Below, one piece after another: positions 1 to 16,448 of a stretch of 64,000 bases of DNA (position 1 is its first letter; every line of letters starts with the position of its first letter). The position numbers and the translations under genes are program-made. A model generated the notes under the pieces. The model saw only the letters and a program-made list of their open reading frames with translations, did no database searches and was not told the origin of the DNA. Source of the DNA: Felis catus (lineage: Eukaryota); contig NC_058369.1 of assembly GCF_018350175.1 (NCBI RefSeq), positions 8,928,001 through 8,992,000 of the forward strand, read 5' to 3'.

Positions 1-187
1 ATAGACAGATGAAAACGAACACTTCTCTGCCAGAATATTTGCATTCAGCCAGCTGCATCAGACTATTCCTGATGGCCTGGAGTACTTGGGGACAATATGG
101 GGCTAGCTGGTCCTAGTTACCAATTGGATTCCCACAGGCCTTCTGGCCTTTCGTGGTTGGCAGTGGAAATAGAAGCAGAAGCTCTCA

Positions 188-425
188 GGGCGCCTGAGTG
201 GCTCAGTCGGTTAAGCATCCGATGTCGGCTCAGGTCATGATCTCACGGTTTGGGGGTTCGAGCCCCGCGTCGGGCTCTGTGCTGACAGCTCGGAGCCTGG
301 AGCCTGCTTCCGATTCTGTGTCTCCCTCTGTCTCTCTGCCTCTCCCCTGCACGTCCTCTCTCTCTCTCTCTCTCTCTCTCGCTCGCTCTCTCTCAAAAAT
401 AAACATTAAAAAAATTTTTTTAAAG
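188..425 (+). mobile_element. CAN-SINE (SINEC)
   Basis: GGGCGCCTGAGTGGCTCAGTCGGTTAAG head, (CT)n tract, A tail, TSD agaagca(g/a)aagctctca. Confidence 0.9.
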
Positions 426-689
426 AAGCAAAAGCTCTCAATGTTTCACTGTGTTTTTATTCATTAAAACTTGACGTGGCTGTGCCCCTCTGCTTCATGG
501 AGTGCTGTGTGACATGACGGGTAATAAAGAAGGAGGCGAGCTTTTTCTCACAAGGAATTGGTGGCCTTACAATGGAAGTGTTTCTTTCATTTGCATAGTA
601 TTTCCTTTCCCAACGTGCTTGGGACTCTACCGTTAGAAAGCAATGAGACTGGAAGTGAACGTAGTAAACGTAGTAAAAGTGGGAATAAT

Positions 690-912
690 TTTTTTTTCAA
701 CGTTTTTTTTTTTATTTATTTATTTTTGGGACAGAGAGAGACAGAGCATGAACAGGGGAGGGGCAGAGAGAGAGGGAGACACAGAATCGGAAACAGGCTC
801 CAGGCTCCGAGCCCTCAGCCCAGAGCCTGACGCGGGGCTCGAACTCACGGACGGCGAGACCGCGACCTGGCTGAAGTCGGACGCTTAACCGACTGCGCCA
901 CCCAGGCGCCCC
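690..912 (-). mobile_element. Young felid CAN-SINE
   Basis: Near-consensus felid SINE with perfect TSD aaaagtgggaataa. Confidence 0.92.
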
Positions 913-944
913 AAAAGTGGGAATAATTTTTTTAAAAAAAGTTT

Positions 945-1098
945 TATCTATTTATTTTGAGAGAGGAGCATGAGCCCACGAGCAAGGGAGCAAGCAGGCT
1001 GTGCGCTGACGCGGTGCTCGATCTCAGGAACCGCGAGATCCTGACCTGAGCCGAAATCAAGAGTCGACGCTTCACCGACTGAGCCACCCAGGCGCCCC
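945..1098 (-). mobile_element. CAN-SINE (older, shorter)
   Basis: Reverse complement of GGGGCGCCTGGGTGGCTCAGTCGG head. Confidence 0.8.
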
Positions 1099-1297
1099 CA
1101 AAGTAGAGAGAATTTCCGTGTATTCATGACACTACCAAATTTATGAGGAGATGATTGTGTAGAGAGAGTGGGAATTCTGATGACCAAGTCATAGAGTATT
1201 TTGAGATCACAGAGTCATGTGAACTTCTTATGAATTGACTATAGATTCCTAGTGCTGTCTCATCCATCCTCCTCCACACGTATGTGGGATGTTTTAG

Positions 1298-3928
<2,631 letters not shown>

Positions 3929-4535
3929 GTAAATTGTTAACTGAAAAGTACAGGAGAGCGTTCAGTCTTAACAAACGCAGAGTCATGTAAAAACACCACT
4001 GGAGAAAAATGACATAAATGTAAGAAATATGGGAAAGTCTGATGCACGTTCAAAGACGGTACTCCGGAGAATTCACAACATGAAAGAAATGCTTCAGAAG
4101 TTGGAGATGATGAATTTTGTTCTGAAACTCAGTCTCTGGACTATAGCTTCTGGTTGTTGCTTTTCAGCTGAACGTTGAGTTGAGACAATTCTGTGAGCAT
4201 TGTTTAAGCAATAGTACGGAAGCTTAGTAAGTAGTCTTTTTCCTTAAATCAGTTTGTAAAAGTTTTGTCTTTCCATTTTCAAGTCTGTTGGATCTATGGG
4301 TGAGTTACAGTGTATTTGTAATATGTAAGTATTAATTTTTATATAATTTTTTAACTTCTGAACATGAAGGGGCCATGGTATAATGACATTTTGGTATTTG
4401 TTGGGATTTTCTTATTGACCTCCTGTCACAGGTACTGGATATTCCTTGTCTATTATAAATATTCCTCCTTTCGTATGTGAAATGGTTTCTGTTTTTGTTT
4501 TTTTTTTAATCCAAAGAGTCTTTTCTTTCCTGGTT

Positions 4536-4541
4536 AATAAA
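4536..4541 (+). terminator. Candidate polyadenylation signal for ZNF791
   Basis: AATAAA about 600 nt downstream of the stop codon. Confidence 0.45.
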
Positions 4542-4673
4542 TTGTAGGCATCGATTTGTAAGTATGCAGAGTTTATCATAGGGTATAATCTCATTGGAAT
4601 TGCTGTTTACATCTTTTCCCTTGACTCTGTCATTTCTTCCGACTGTGATTTGGAGATTATACTTTAAGAGACC

Positions 4674-4708
<35 letters not shown>

Positions 4709-6199
4709 TGTAGCATTGGAGATAGCACTCCTGGAATGCGTTAGGTCAACATGGGTAATGTTGGGACCTAATTTTCTAGAATCTGCTCTCTTTATAGTTT
4801 CGTGTTAGAATTCACCGGTAGCCTCACTTGCATGAGAGTCGGAAGGCAAAAAAGGAAGAAGGCCTTAGTTTTTGGAATCACGGTACAGACAGTGATCGAT
4901 ACCATAGGAATTTTGCCTACACCTTCCAGCCCGTTTTGCTGAATCTTTGCCCTGCCCGTCAAGAGTATCTTCAGTACCACCGCCAGCTACTCGACTTCCA
5001 TTTTCTCAGAGCTGTAGCTTCCCACAGATGCCGCCACGAGGTCTACGACCTGGCAAAGGTTGATGCCGCTTGGATTTTCCCGCAAGCCATCATGTGTCCA
5101 CCAGACCATCGTGGTTGAGAATGTTCTTTAGAGCGCTGACTTCCCTCTTCTCTGGACTGTATTTGTATAGGGTCTAATTTGTGTAGTAAACCCCTCGTTC
5201 TGTTAACACTCCTAATTACTGTGTGTTCCCCATTTCACCAGTACAGCTACAACATGCAGCCAAGAGGAACCCCATGGTAACCTATTCCTCTACCGCATTG
5301 TACAGTGACTTCTGTGAAAATAAGCCTTCTCGTGTGAAAATAAGCACCTTCTCCTTATCAGGCAGATTGTGGGTGTTTCTGATTACTCACATCTGAACAT
5401 AAGTCTTCGGTATATTTTCAATTATGTTTTTATGTGATTTAAAACATTTCCTAAAGCTCAAAGCACTGTTTCTGTCCATGGTCCTTAAAATTTTTTATTA
5501 ACTGTTGGATATTAACAAATGCTATCTTCTCCATTTCCTGATAGGATATATTAAAACGTCCCATTGCGATTGTGGCTTTTCAAGTCAACCTGTAATTTTG
5601 TCAGCATTATGCATTCCGAGGGTCATCGTGTGCAGACGAGTTCAGATATTTTTTCCTCCAATTTTGTTTTTTATTCTGTAGTCATAATTTTTGTAATTAA
5701 ATTTCTCGTCCTCCGTTATTGATTCCAAAAATCTGCATCATGGTTTTGTCAGTGCCTTCTTGCCAAAGACTGCCAGGGTGACATCTGTGGTCAAACAGAG
5801 AGAGGTGGAATGAATTGTAGTGATAAAGATGACCACAAACCACAAATAACGGGATTATGTTGGGGCGCCTGGCTGGTTCAGTCAGCGGAGCGCGCGACTC
5901 TTGGTCTCGGGGTTGTGAGCTCGAGCCTCACGTTAGGTGTAGAGATTACTTTAAAAAAAATAAAATCTTCTAAAAAAACGGTGGAGTCAATCAATGCGAA
6001 GGTGCTCAAATGGTCTAGGATTTGGGCTTGTGAAACTCTTACAGAAATTAATACAATTAAAAGCAGATGTTTTTACAGGGGAATTGAGAACAAAGCACAC
6101 CCACAGACCGAGGGAAGACCCTTTCCCAGAAAAGGCCTTCAGGCTGGGCTGAAGAGGCAGTCTTTTCTTTGCGTGGAGCCAGTCTGCCCAGAGGTGATG

Positions 6200-7115
6200 T
6201 GGGTGTTTTATCAAATGCCCAAGTTTCCACAAAAGATGATGAGGCATACAAAGAAACTTGGAAGCCTGGCCCACTAAAATCAAACCCTCAATCTCCAGAA
6301 ACCAAGCCTAACAAAACACAGGCCTCAGACTTTAGTAGACAAAGAATTTAAAATAATACGCCTAAAGAGCTTAAAAGGAAAATAAAGTCCAAAGAACAAT
6401 GGATGAAGAAATTGAGAATATCAAAGAGAAATCATTTTTTAAAAATCTGGAGCCCAGGGCACCTGGGGGACTCCGACGGTTGAGCATCCAACTTCACCTC
6501 AGTTAGAGTCCCGCATCGGGCTCACTGCTGTCAGCACGCAGCTTGCTTCGGATGCTTTGTCCCCCTCTCTTTGTCCCCTGCTCACGCTCTCTCAAAAATA
6601 AGCCTTAGGGCGCTTGGGTGGCTCAGTCATTTAAGCATCCGACTTCAGCTCAGGTCACGATCTCACAGTTTGTGAGTTCGAGCCCCACCTCGGGCTCGCT
6701 GCTGTCAGCACAGCTCCCAGAGCCTGCTTCGGATCCTCTGACCCCCCGCCCGCCCCCCCCCCCGACCCCCGCCTCTGCCACTCCCCTGCCTGTACTCTGT
6801 CTCTTAAAAGTAAACATTAAGAAATAAATAAACCTTTAAGAAAAAATAAAATAAAATTCTGGAGCTGAAATCTACAAGAACTGAGTTGAAAGAATTCACC
6901 AGAGGGGTCAAAAGCAAACTTGAACAAGCAGCAGATGCAAAGTTGAAAACAGGTCGTTTGAAATTTGAGTCTGGGGAGCAAAGAAAAAAAGAATAAAGGA
7001 AACTAAACTAAGCCAAGGAACTTAAGGGATACCATTAAGCCAACCAATATGCACGATATGGGAGTCCCAGAAAAGAGTGAAAGAAGAGAAAGGGTCAGAG
7101 AATTTGTTTGCAGCA
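6200..7115 (+). mobile_element. Old LINE-1 ORF1-region fragment interrupted by two CAN-SINEs (~6457-6605, ~6608-6855)
   Basis: L1 ORF1-like text (aaattctggagctgaaa...ggataccattaagccaaccaatatgcac...ggagtcccagaa). Confidence 0.7.
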
Positions 7116-7119
7116 ATAA

Positions 7120-9605
7120 TAGTGGAATATCCTCCTTTCTCTGTCTGGTGGTCCCATCATGCATATTTGTGCACTCAGTATTCCACATTTTCCAGCGGCT
7201 CTGTTCAGTTTTCTTCATTCTCCTCTGGTTGTATAATCTTTATTCATCTGTAACGTCTCAGTGTTGATATTCTTTAATGTGATGTCATCATCATACCCTC
7301 CCTTACTCCTTTAAATATGGTTTCCCTTAGATCTTCGAGCATATTTATAATGGGTGCCCCGAAGTCTTTGTTAAACATATCATCCGTCTAGACCCTCTCA
7401 CAGGCAGTTTCTGCTGTCTGCCTTTTTTTCTGTCTGTAAGTCCATCCTTTCCGGTTTTTTGCACGTATCCTACGTTTTCCGTTGAAAATTGGACATTCGA
7501 GATTATAGACTTTTCGGGGCTGCTTGTTTATGTGGTCAGTGATTAGCTGACGTTTTGGTGACATCTGTTTTTTTTTTTTTTTTTTCCACATTCGAGCCTC
7601 TGACGTTCCTCTTGTCACAAGAGCTTGCTTCCAGTCACAATGGGATGGCTGGTTTGGGCAGGGATCTCACTGAGTCTTTCCCGGATCACACGTTACGGCA
7701 GGCCGGTTGCTTTGTTGTTTTTGACACCGAGACATGAATTGCTCCAGAGTCTGATCCAATTTCACTCCTGCCCCCTTGTAGAGGTAGTTTTCGAGGCCAG
7801 GGTTTGAAGTTTGCTCGAATCCTAAGAGGGCTTTCCTATCTCGCTCTTCCCCTGGTTCTCTGGTAAACGAGCTGGCCTACTTGTTTCATATATATGTATA
7901 GATTTTTAACGTTTTTTAAAATTTTTCAATGTTTATTTTAGAGAGAGGGAGACACAGAATCCGAAGCAGGCTCCAGGCTCTGAGCTGTCAGCACAGAGCC
8001 CCACACGGGGCTCGAACTCACGAACCGTGAGATCGTGACCTGAGCCAAAGTCAGACATTTAACTAGCTGAGCCACCAAGACGCCCCTGATGTTTATTTTT
8101 GAAAGAGAGAGAGACAGAGTGGAGGGAGAGACAGGGCAGAGGGAGAGGGAGACACAGAATCTGAAGCAGGCTCCAGGAGCCAAGCCGTGCTCACTCTGAG
8201 GTTTTATTGAATAAAAGTTTCTTTGTTATACACCCTCATGACACTTTCCCAGACCCTTAAAAGGATTGGGTTTTTAAAGCGGCTCATCGTTTATATTTGT
8301 TTTGCTGGGGAGAGGATCCCACAGAGCTTAGTCATTGCAGAATATGCTGTCATTGCAGAATAGTATTTTTTTCTTTGGATGCTGTGGTGAATGGAACATT
8401 CTTAATTTCAGTTCTGGATTTTTCATTACTAGTAGTTAGCAATACATTTTTAAAAAATGTTTATTTTTGAGAGAGAAAGAGAAAGCACAAGCAAGGGAGG
8501 GGCAGAGAGAAAGAGGGAGACACAGAATCCAAAGCAGGCTCTGAGCTGTCAGCGCAGAGCCCGACGCGGGGCTCCCATTAACGAACTGCGAGATCATGAC
8601 CCGAGCCGAAGTCAGACGCCCAACCGACTGAGCCACCCAGGTGCCCTGTTTCGATGGTTATTTTTACAGACAAGATTGGGTCATCTGCAAATAAAGAGTT
8701 TTGCTTCTTTCTAACCTTTGTTCCTTTAAGTTCCCTCCTTGCCTTGCATTAGCTTGGTGTTCCAGGACAGTTTTGAATAGAAGTCGTGGGAGAGAGTACT
8801 TGTTTTGTTTCCAGTCGGAGGAGGAATGCATTCAGTCTTACAGCCCTAAGTACGATGCTACCTGTAGGTTTTTCATGTTTCATCAGATTGACGTTTCCTT
8901 CCAATGTTCTGTTTTGTTTTGTTTTTTGAGAGAGAAAGAGAGCGAGCAGGGGAGGGGCAGAGAGAGAGGGAGACACAAAATCCCAAGCAGGCTCCAGGCT
9001 CTGAGCTGTCAGCACGGAGCCCCACACGGGGCTCGAACTCACAAACCGCGAGATCCTGACCGGACCCAAAGTCAGACACCTAACCAACTGAGCCACCCAG
9101 GTGCCCCTGAAATTTCCTTCTAGATATCATTTGAGGAGAAGTTGTAGAGTGAATGGATGTTGGATTTTTCTCATTTTCTTTTCCTCTGGGGATTATTCTA
9201 TACTTTAGTCTTTTAATATCTTACGTTGGTTTTCAGATGTTAAATCCACACTTGCCTTCTTGGAAAAGCTTCACTTAGCTATACCGTATAAACCTTTATA
9301 TGTATTGCCATATTTCATTTCTCAGTACGTTAAGAGATTTTATGTTTGCGAAGGTCATTGATCTAATTGTCCCCCCCCCCTTTTTTTCAGTCTACCCAAA
9401 CCTGCTTGTGTATCAGTGTTTTCCCCCTCCAGCCTTTACTGTGGTATAATTGACAAATAAAATTATAAGATATTTAAAATATACATCGTGGTGATGGGTG
9501 GCTCAGCTAGTCGAGCATCCAACTTGATTTCAGATCATGATCTCAGGGGTCATAGAATCGAGCCCGTGTTGGGCTCCATGTTGAAATGTGCAGCCGGCTT
9601 AAGAA

Positions 9606-9642
<37 letters not shown>

Positions 9643-11030
9643 GTTCCTCTCCCCGACTTGTGCTCATGCGCTCTCTTAATTAATTAATTAATTAATTAAT
9701 TAATTAATAGTCATGGTGATTTGACTCAAGTATACAGTGTGAAAGAGTTCCTGCCATTTTTTTTCTTGTGATATCTTTGTCTAGATTTGATAAAATTATT
9801 TCTAATGTAGTTCCTCCTGTTTCATTAGTTTGGTACTGGTATTATTTCTTCTTTAAAGTGTGTTAGAACTGGACGCCTGGGTGGCTCAGTGGGTTAAACC
9901 TCCCGGCTCAGGTCGTGATCTCACAGTTTGTGAGTTCGAGCCCCGCGTCGGGCTCTGTGCTGACAGCTCAGAGCCTGGAGCCTGTTTCCGATTCTGTCTC
10001 CCTCTGCCCCTCCCCCGCTTGTGCGTGTGATCTCTTTCTCTCAAAAACAAATACACATTTAAAAATGTAAGAAAAAAAAATATGTTAGAATCCCAGCTGT
10101 AAAGCTATCTGGACCACAGCTCTTCTTTGTGTGAAGATGTTTTAACTACTAGTTGAACTTCTTAACTTCATAGAGTCCTGTTCAGATTTCAGTGTTTCTT
10201 CTTGAGTTGATTTAGTAGGTGTGAATGTTACTAGGAATTGTCCATTTCAAATAAATTATCCAATCTGTTGTCATAAAGAGGTTTATATGATTCCTTTATA
10301 GCTTTGAATTTTTTTTTAACGTTTATTCATTTTTTGATAGAGCGTGAGTGGGGGAGGGCAGAGAGAGAGAGGGAGACGCAGAATCTGAAACAGGCTCCGG
10401 GCTCTGAACTGACAGCACAGAGCCCGACACGGGGCTCGAACTCACAGACCGTGAGATCACGACCTGAGCTGAAGTCAGACGCTTAACCAACCGAGCCACC
10501 CAGGTGCCCGGATTCCTTTATAGCTTTAAAAAAAAAAAAAAAATCTCAGGTATGTTTGTAGATTTGGGTGGGTGAGGGGTGGAGTTTGGGGCTTTTTGTT
10601 TTTATTTTTTTTTTTGGAGCGTGTATATTTGTTTCCTTGGTTTTCTATTTTTGTAATTTGTGTCTTCTTTATTTCTTGGTTAGTGCTGCTTTGATTTTTA
10701 CAATTTTCTTTATCCTGTCAGAGAATAAATTTTGGTTTTGTGGATTTTTTTTTTATTGGTTTTCTCTACTTCATTGATTTCTGTTATTTTCAGTATTACT
10801 TTTGATACTCTTTTCCTTAAGGTTTAGTGAAGTTGAAATTTAGATTGTTGATTTTAGGTCTTCCTTCCTTTCTAATGTATTTAAAAGTATGAATTTGACC
10901 CTAAAGTTTTTGTGTGCGTTCCACAAATTTTGATATTCTATTTTCATAATCATTTACTTCAAGATGCTTTTTTCAGTATTTTTATTACATCATTGATTAA
11001 TTCCTTTTTTGTGGTTTGAACTATTTGATT
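7120..11030 (-). mobile_element. Degraded antisense LINE-1 fragments with nested CAN-SINEs (~7905-8177, 8450-8647, 8910-9107, 9490-9708, 9871-10080, 10308-10510)
   Basis: T-rich antisense L1-like motifs (tcatctgcaaataa, ttgaatagaagt, atctggacc, tccatttca) and multiple SINE heads. Confidence 0.65.
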
Positions 11031-11051
11031 TCTTCTAGGATCCAAAGCAAT

Positions 11052-11270
11052 TTTTTTTAAAGAATTTTTTTTATGTTTATTTATTTTTGAGAGAGAGAGA
11101 GAGCACAAGCAGGGGAGGGGCAGAGAGAGAGGGAGACAGAGAATCCGAAGCAGGCTCCAGTCTCTGAGCTGTCAGCACCGAGCCCGATGCGGGGCTTCAA
11201 CCCATGAACCGTGGGATCATGACCTGAGCTGAAGTCGCACACAACCGACTGAGCCACCCAGACCACCCCC
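11052..11270 (-). mobile_element. CAN-SINE
   Basis: SINE body, TSD ccaaagcaatttttt. Confidence 0.85.
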
Positions 11271-11344
11271 AAAGCAATTTTTTAAGGTTAAATTCTTTCA
11301 TTTCCATACAGTTAACATCTTTTCCCATGAAAATGACATTATTT

Positions 11345-12160
11345 TAGTAGGAACTTATGTCTTGCTTTCATCAATGCCATGCAGCCAAAGATGACCAGGA
11401 ACACAGTTACAGTAGAACATAGTTGAGTTACTGATACGTTGTAATGGTGGAGACCATACACCATGAGGAACCGTGATGCGTCTCAGGAGAGGCTGCTAGG
11501 ATGGATGGACTTACTATCTCTGATTTGGGCTTACATTCGTTGGTTGCCGGGGGGGAGGGCATTCCAAGAATTGGAACTTTGATTAATGACATCAGAAAGT
11601 CAGTGTAATTCTGTGATTGGGTATCTTAATCGTTAGATCTAGAAAGAACAAATGGAATGGGGTTAAAAGAAGCAATAGTCAGGGTGCCTGGGTGGCTCAG
11701 TCGGCTGGGTGTCCGACTTTGGCTCAGGTCATGATCCCCCGGCTTGTGGGTTCGAGCCCCGCGTCGGGCTCTGTGCTGACAGCTCGGAGCCTGGAGCCTG
11801 CTTCGGATTCTGCGCCTCCCTCTCTCTCTGCCCCTCCCCTCCTCGCACTCTGTCTCTTCTTCTCTCTCTCCCTCTCAAACATAAAATAAACGTTAAAATT
11901 AAAAAAAAAATAGTCAATCGTCTGTGTCAGAATAGTGACACATGCGGTCATTGTTGTGGCTTGGGCAGTTTCCTTGTGTAATGCAGTTACAGACATGACA
12001 GCGGCCTCGTGTTGGTCTTGTTCCATCACAGAGAGTGAACCTGTGGGGTTTGGGTTGTAAGACAGTTTATGCTCAACAGCAGAACAGGTATAGCCTTGTC
12101 ACAACAGGCCAGCAACTAGCAAGACCAAGGCCTCTCAGGCACCATTTTCATCGTTTTGTG
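11345..12160. mobile_element. Probable old ERV LTR-like fragment with nested CAN-SINE (11682-11910)
   Basis: LTR-like composition by eye, family uncertain; the SINE has TSD aatagtca. Confidence 0.35.
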
Positions 12161-12994
12161 GAAATGAGCCCCCACAGATTGATACCGTAAAACTTGAGCA
12201 AATTCTGTAAAGTAATTCTGTTTCCTGTCTTTCAAAAAAGCAAGGGGTTGCGGTACATTTTAGCAAGCTTCCAGTGGTCACGAAAGCTAGTAAAAGATAA
12301 AAGACTGACTTCAGACCCTTGCCAGTTGGCTCAGAGATTGTGGTCTCAATGCAGTTCTAATTTTGAAGCATCTCTCCTGTGCCGGGTGTTGTAAATCAGG
12401 TAAACTTTCTGCCAAAGGGCCAGGTCCCAGACCCGGTCATCTGGGCAGCCTCTGATCCCTGTCGAAGCTCCTCGGTTCTGCCATTGTTCCACTCAAGCAG
12501 CCCATGACTATTATGTAAACACACAGTTAAACTTGATTTACAAGAGATGTAATTGCTCGGTGCATTGTCTGTCTCTGTGAGTCAGACCCGGGACAAAGAG
12601 AGAGCAGCAAACCATTCGAGCAGTGTCAGCAACATGGTGGCTGGGAAGCTCCAAGTTCTTGCTCCCCCACAGAAACATTGGCAGGGAGGAAGCAGGAAGT
12701 GAACCAGAGTTCCAGCAGAGCTCTGGAAAATCGAGGTTTACAGCAACCAAATGAACACCTAATCAAGAAAAAGCCACGTTCAGATGGGGGGAAAGTGTTG
12801 TGCCTTTTCACTTACCCCTTCCTGACTCTCTCCCCAGCACATCAGTGGCCTTGGTCTTGAAGCCGTGGCGGCTTGGTTCCCAGCTCCTCCGTTGAACCCA
12901 AGGGAGCAGAGAAGACCTTATTTGCAAATTATCCCGTGTCTGTTCTAACCTTTCTGGAGGATCTTGAAGGATTGACACAAGGTACTTGTCTCTT

Positions 12995-13275
12995 TGTTTT
13001 TCTCTCTCTTTCCTTTCCTTTCCTTTCCTTTCCGTTCCGTTCCGTTCCGTTTCGTTTCTTTTCTTTCTTTTCTTTCTTTATGTTTATTCTTGAGAGAGAG
13101 AGAGAGAGTGCGAACAGGGGAGGGGCAGAGAGAGAGGGAGACACAGAATCTGAAGCAGGCTCCGGGCTCTGAGCTGTCAGCACAGAGCCCGACGCGGGGC
13201 TTGCACTCACAAACCGCGAGATGGTGACCTGAGCTGAAGTCGGACGCGTAACCGACTGCGCCACCCAGGCACCCC
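12995..13275 (-). mobile_element. CAN-SINE with complex microsatellite tail (TTTCC/TTCCG)n
   Basis: SINE body; TSD gtacttgtct. Confidence 0.88.
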
Positions 13276-13741
13276 AGTACTTGTCTTTTTCACCTAACTA
13301 GAAACTCAGGTGGAACAAGTGAACTGATGGCTTATAAAAGCTACAAGGTGAATACAGACAGACCCGCAGATGCCTGGTGCAAGAGAATGTACCATCTGAG
13401 GTCTGAGGAGAAGATGGGGTCAAACTCTTTGGGAAGTTAGGACATTGAAAAGCAGCTCTGTACAGGGGAGTTTGAAAGCCACGTTCATGCCCAGGTGAGG
13501 TACATACTCAGAAAAAAAGGCTAAGAAGACATTAAGCTTTTACCTCAGGTTTAGGACAAGTCTAGCCAAGTGTTGAAAGAGTGACAGAGCAGAGCTGGTC
13601 TGCAGACTTGGAGGGACTCCTGATATTCAAGGATCTCTGTCCGGGGCACCTGGCTGGCTCAGTCGGTTGAGCCTCTGACTCTTGATTTGAGCTTGGGTCG
13701 TGATCTTGCGGTTCCTGAGTTTGAGCCCCATGTCAGGCTCC

Positions 13742-13906
13742 NNNNNNNNNNNNNNNNNNNNNNNNNNNNNNNNNNNNNNNNNNNNNNNNNNNNNNNNNNN
13801 NNNNNNNNNNNNNNNNNNNNNNNNNNNNNNNNNNNNNNNNNNNNNNNNNNNNNNNNNNNNNNNNNNNNNNNNNNNNNNNNNNNNNNNNNNNNNNNNNNNN
13901 NNNNNN
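13742..13906. other. Assembly gap (165 N) between SINE sequences
   Basis: Run of n. Confidence 1.
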
Positions 13907-15551
13907 AGGGGCACCTAGCTGGCTCAGTCGGTAAAGTGTGCAACTCTTGATCTTGGGGTTGTGGGTTCAAGCCCCACGTTGTGGGGAGAGATTGCTTAAT
14001 AAATAAAAATTATATATATGCTAGACACAAGCTGAAGGAACAGAGACTTCAGTGATCACACAAGGAATAGGGTTTGCCAAAACAGTTTAGAAGAGTCTCA
14101 AAACTACTACATCTTTTTACAATTAAAAGAAAAAAACGCTGCGAACTCTAGAGAAGGGAAAGACTCTGATTTCCATAGTTCCCATATGAAGGTGCTCAAA
14201 TACCCAACATTTAACAAAAATTCATAGGGCATACAAAAAAACAGAAAAACACGGCCCACTCAGAGAAATTGACAGAAACTGTCCCTAGAGGAACAAATGT
14301 CAGACTTAACTAGACAAGGAGATTTTTTTTTTGAGAGAGAGGGAGCGTGAACAGGGGAGGGGCAAAGGGGGAGAGAGAGAATCTTAAGCAGGCTCCACAC
14401 TCAGCAGAGCCTGACGCAGAGCTCCGTCCCAAACTCAACCAACTGAGCCACCCAAGGGCCCCAAAGAGATTTAAAAAAAATTTTTTTAATGTTTATTTAT
14501 TTTTGAGAGAGAGAGAAAGAGCAGGGGAGGGGCAGAGAGAGAGAGAGAGGAAGACACAGAATCTGAAGCAGGCTCCAGGCTCTAAGCTGCCAGCACAGAG
14601 CCCGATGTGGGGCTCGAACCCACAAACAGTGAGATCATGACCCGAGGTCTGACCCAACCGACTGAGCCACCCAGGCATCCCGAGGCTTTTTAAAAAATAA
14701 AGAACAGAAAAGCAATAGGCCATAGAGAAATAAAGAATAGAAATCAATGACACAAAAGGTGGTTCTTTGAAAAAATAAAAAAAAAATTAGCATTTAGCTC
14801 AGTTGGCTAAGAGAAAAAGAAGATGCAAATTACTACAATAAATAAAAAGTGACATCACCACCAATTTTACAGGTAAAAAGGATTATTAGAGAAAATTGTG
14901 AACAATTGTACACAAATAAACTGGATAACCTAGATGAAATGGACAAGTTCCTAGAAGCACACAATATACTGAAACTGAATCATGAAAAAATAGAAAATCT
15001 AAATAGACTTAATAACTAGTACTGAAACTGAATCGTTAGTCAAAAACCTTCCAGCAAAGAAAGGGCCAGGACCAGATGGCTTCACTGGTGAATTCAAAGC
15101 CAGACAAAGACAAGAAAAGAAAACTACAGACCAATATCCCTGATGAATGTTGGTGCAAAAATACTAAAGAAAAATTAGCAAACCAAATTCAGCACATTAA
15201 AAGTATTATACACCATGACCAAGTGGGTCATGAGTGCACTAAACGTGAATGCAAGGATGGTTCAACATCAGAGAATCAGCGTAATATACCACATTAGCAG
15301 AATGAAGGGGAAAAAACATGAGCATCTCAATGCAGAAAAGACAGTTAACATGATTTAAAAAAAAAAAAAAAGGGCACGATCTTACATGTGAGAAACCCTG
15401 AAGATTCCACATACAAAAAAATAATCCAGCAAATCTGCAGGATACAAAGCAAGCAAAACTCAGTTGAGTTTCTGTACACTAACAATGAACGATTCAAAAA
15501 GGAAAGTTTAAGAAAACAATTTCATTTACAAGCATGAAAAAGAATAAAATA

Positions 15552-15790
15552 CAGTAAAACATTGGTTTGAGCATAATTCGTTCTGGAAACACGCTTGTAA
15601 TCCAAAGCACTTGTACATCAAAGCGAATTTCAAGAACTATTGGCTCACTTGTGATCCTGTGACTTTCGGCATCATGTATTACTTGTATTGCAAGACACCG
15701 CTCGTGTATCAAGTTAAAATATATGAGAAATGTTTGCTCGTCTTGCAGAACACCCGTCGAACAAGTTACTCTCCATCCAAGATTTTATCG
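15552..15790. mobile_element. Non-autonomous Tigger/TcMar DNA transposon (carnivore Tigger2a-like) nested in L1
   Basis: Imperfect TIRs cagtaaaacattgg / ccaagattttatcg with TA TSD; removing the element restores L1 'agaataaaatacttaggaataa'. Confidence 0.8.
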
Positions 15791-16167
15791 TACTTAGGAA
15801 TAACCTTAACCAAGGAGACAAGATTCATACACTAAAAACTACCAATGTTGCCGAAAGAAAGTGAAAAAGATCACAATAAATGCAAAGACATCCTGTGTTC
15901 ATGGATTGGGAGAGTTAAGGTGTTGACACCACCCAAGTTAATCTACAGACTGAGTGCAATCCCAGCAATGTTTTTTGCCGAAATAGGGGGAAAAAAAAAA
16001 AAAGATCCATTCTAAAATTCACATGGAGGGGCGCCTGGGTGGTTCAGTTGGTTAAGTGTCAGACTCTTGATCTCAGCTCAGGTCTTGATCTCAGGGTCAT
16101 GAGTTCGAGTCCTGCATTGGGCTCCACACTGGGCATGAAGCCTATTTTTAAAAATAAATAAGATAGA

Positions 16168-16390
16168 GGGGCGCCTGGGTGGCGCAGTCGGTTAGGCGTC
16201 TGACTTCAGCCAGGTCACGATCTCTCGGTCCGTGAGTTCGAGCCCCGCGTCAGGCTCTGGGCTGATGGCTCCGAGCCTGGAGCCTGTTTCCGATTCTGTG
16301 TCTCCCTCTCTCTCTGCCCCTCCCCCGTTCATGCTCTGTCTCTCTCTGTCCCAAAAATAAAAATAAAATAAAAACATTGAAAAAAATAAA
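16168..16390 (+). mobile_element. Young felid CAN-SINE inserted in the tail of an older SINE (16028-16160)
   Basis: TSD aaataaataagataga. Confidence 0.92.
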
Positions 16391-16448
16391 TAAGATAGAA
16401 TTCACATGGAATCTCTAGGTACCCCAAATAGACAAAACAATCTTTACT

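Noticed and set aside
5311-5353. Short direct duplication tgtgaaaataagc..ttctc x2
   Set aside because: Likely a slippage micro-duplication with no evidence of function
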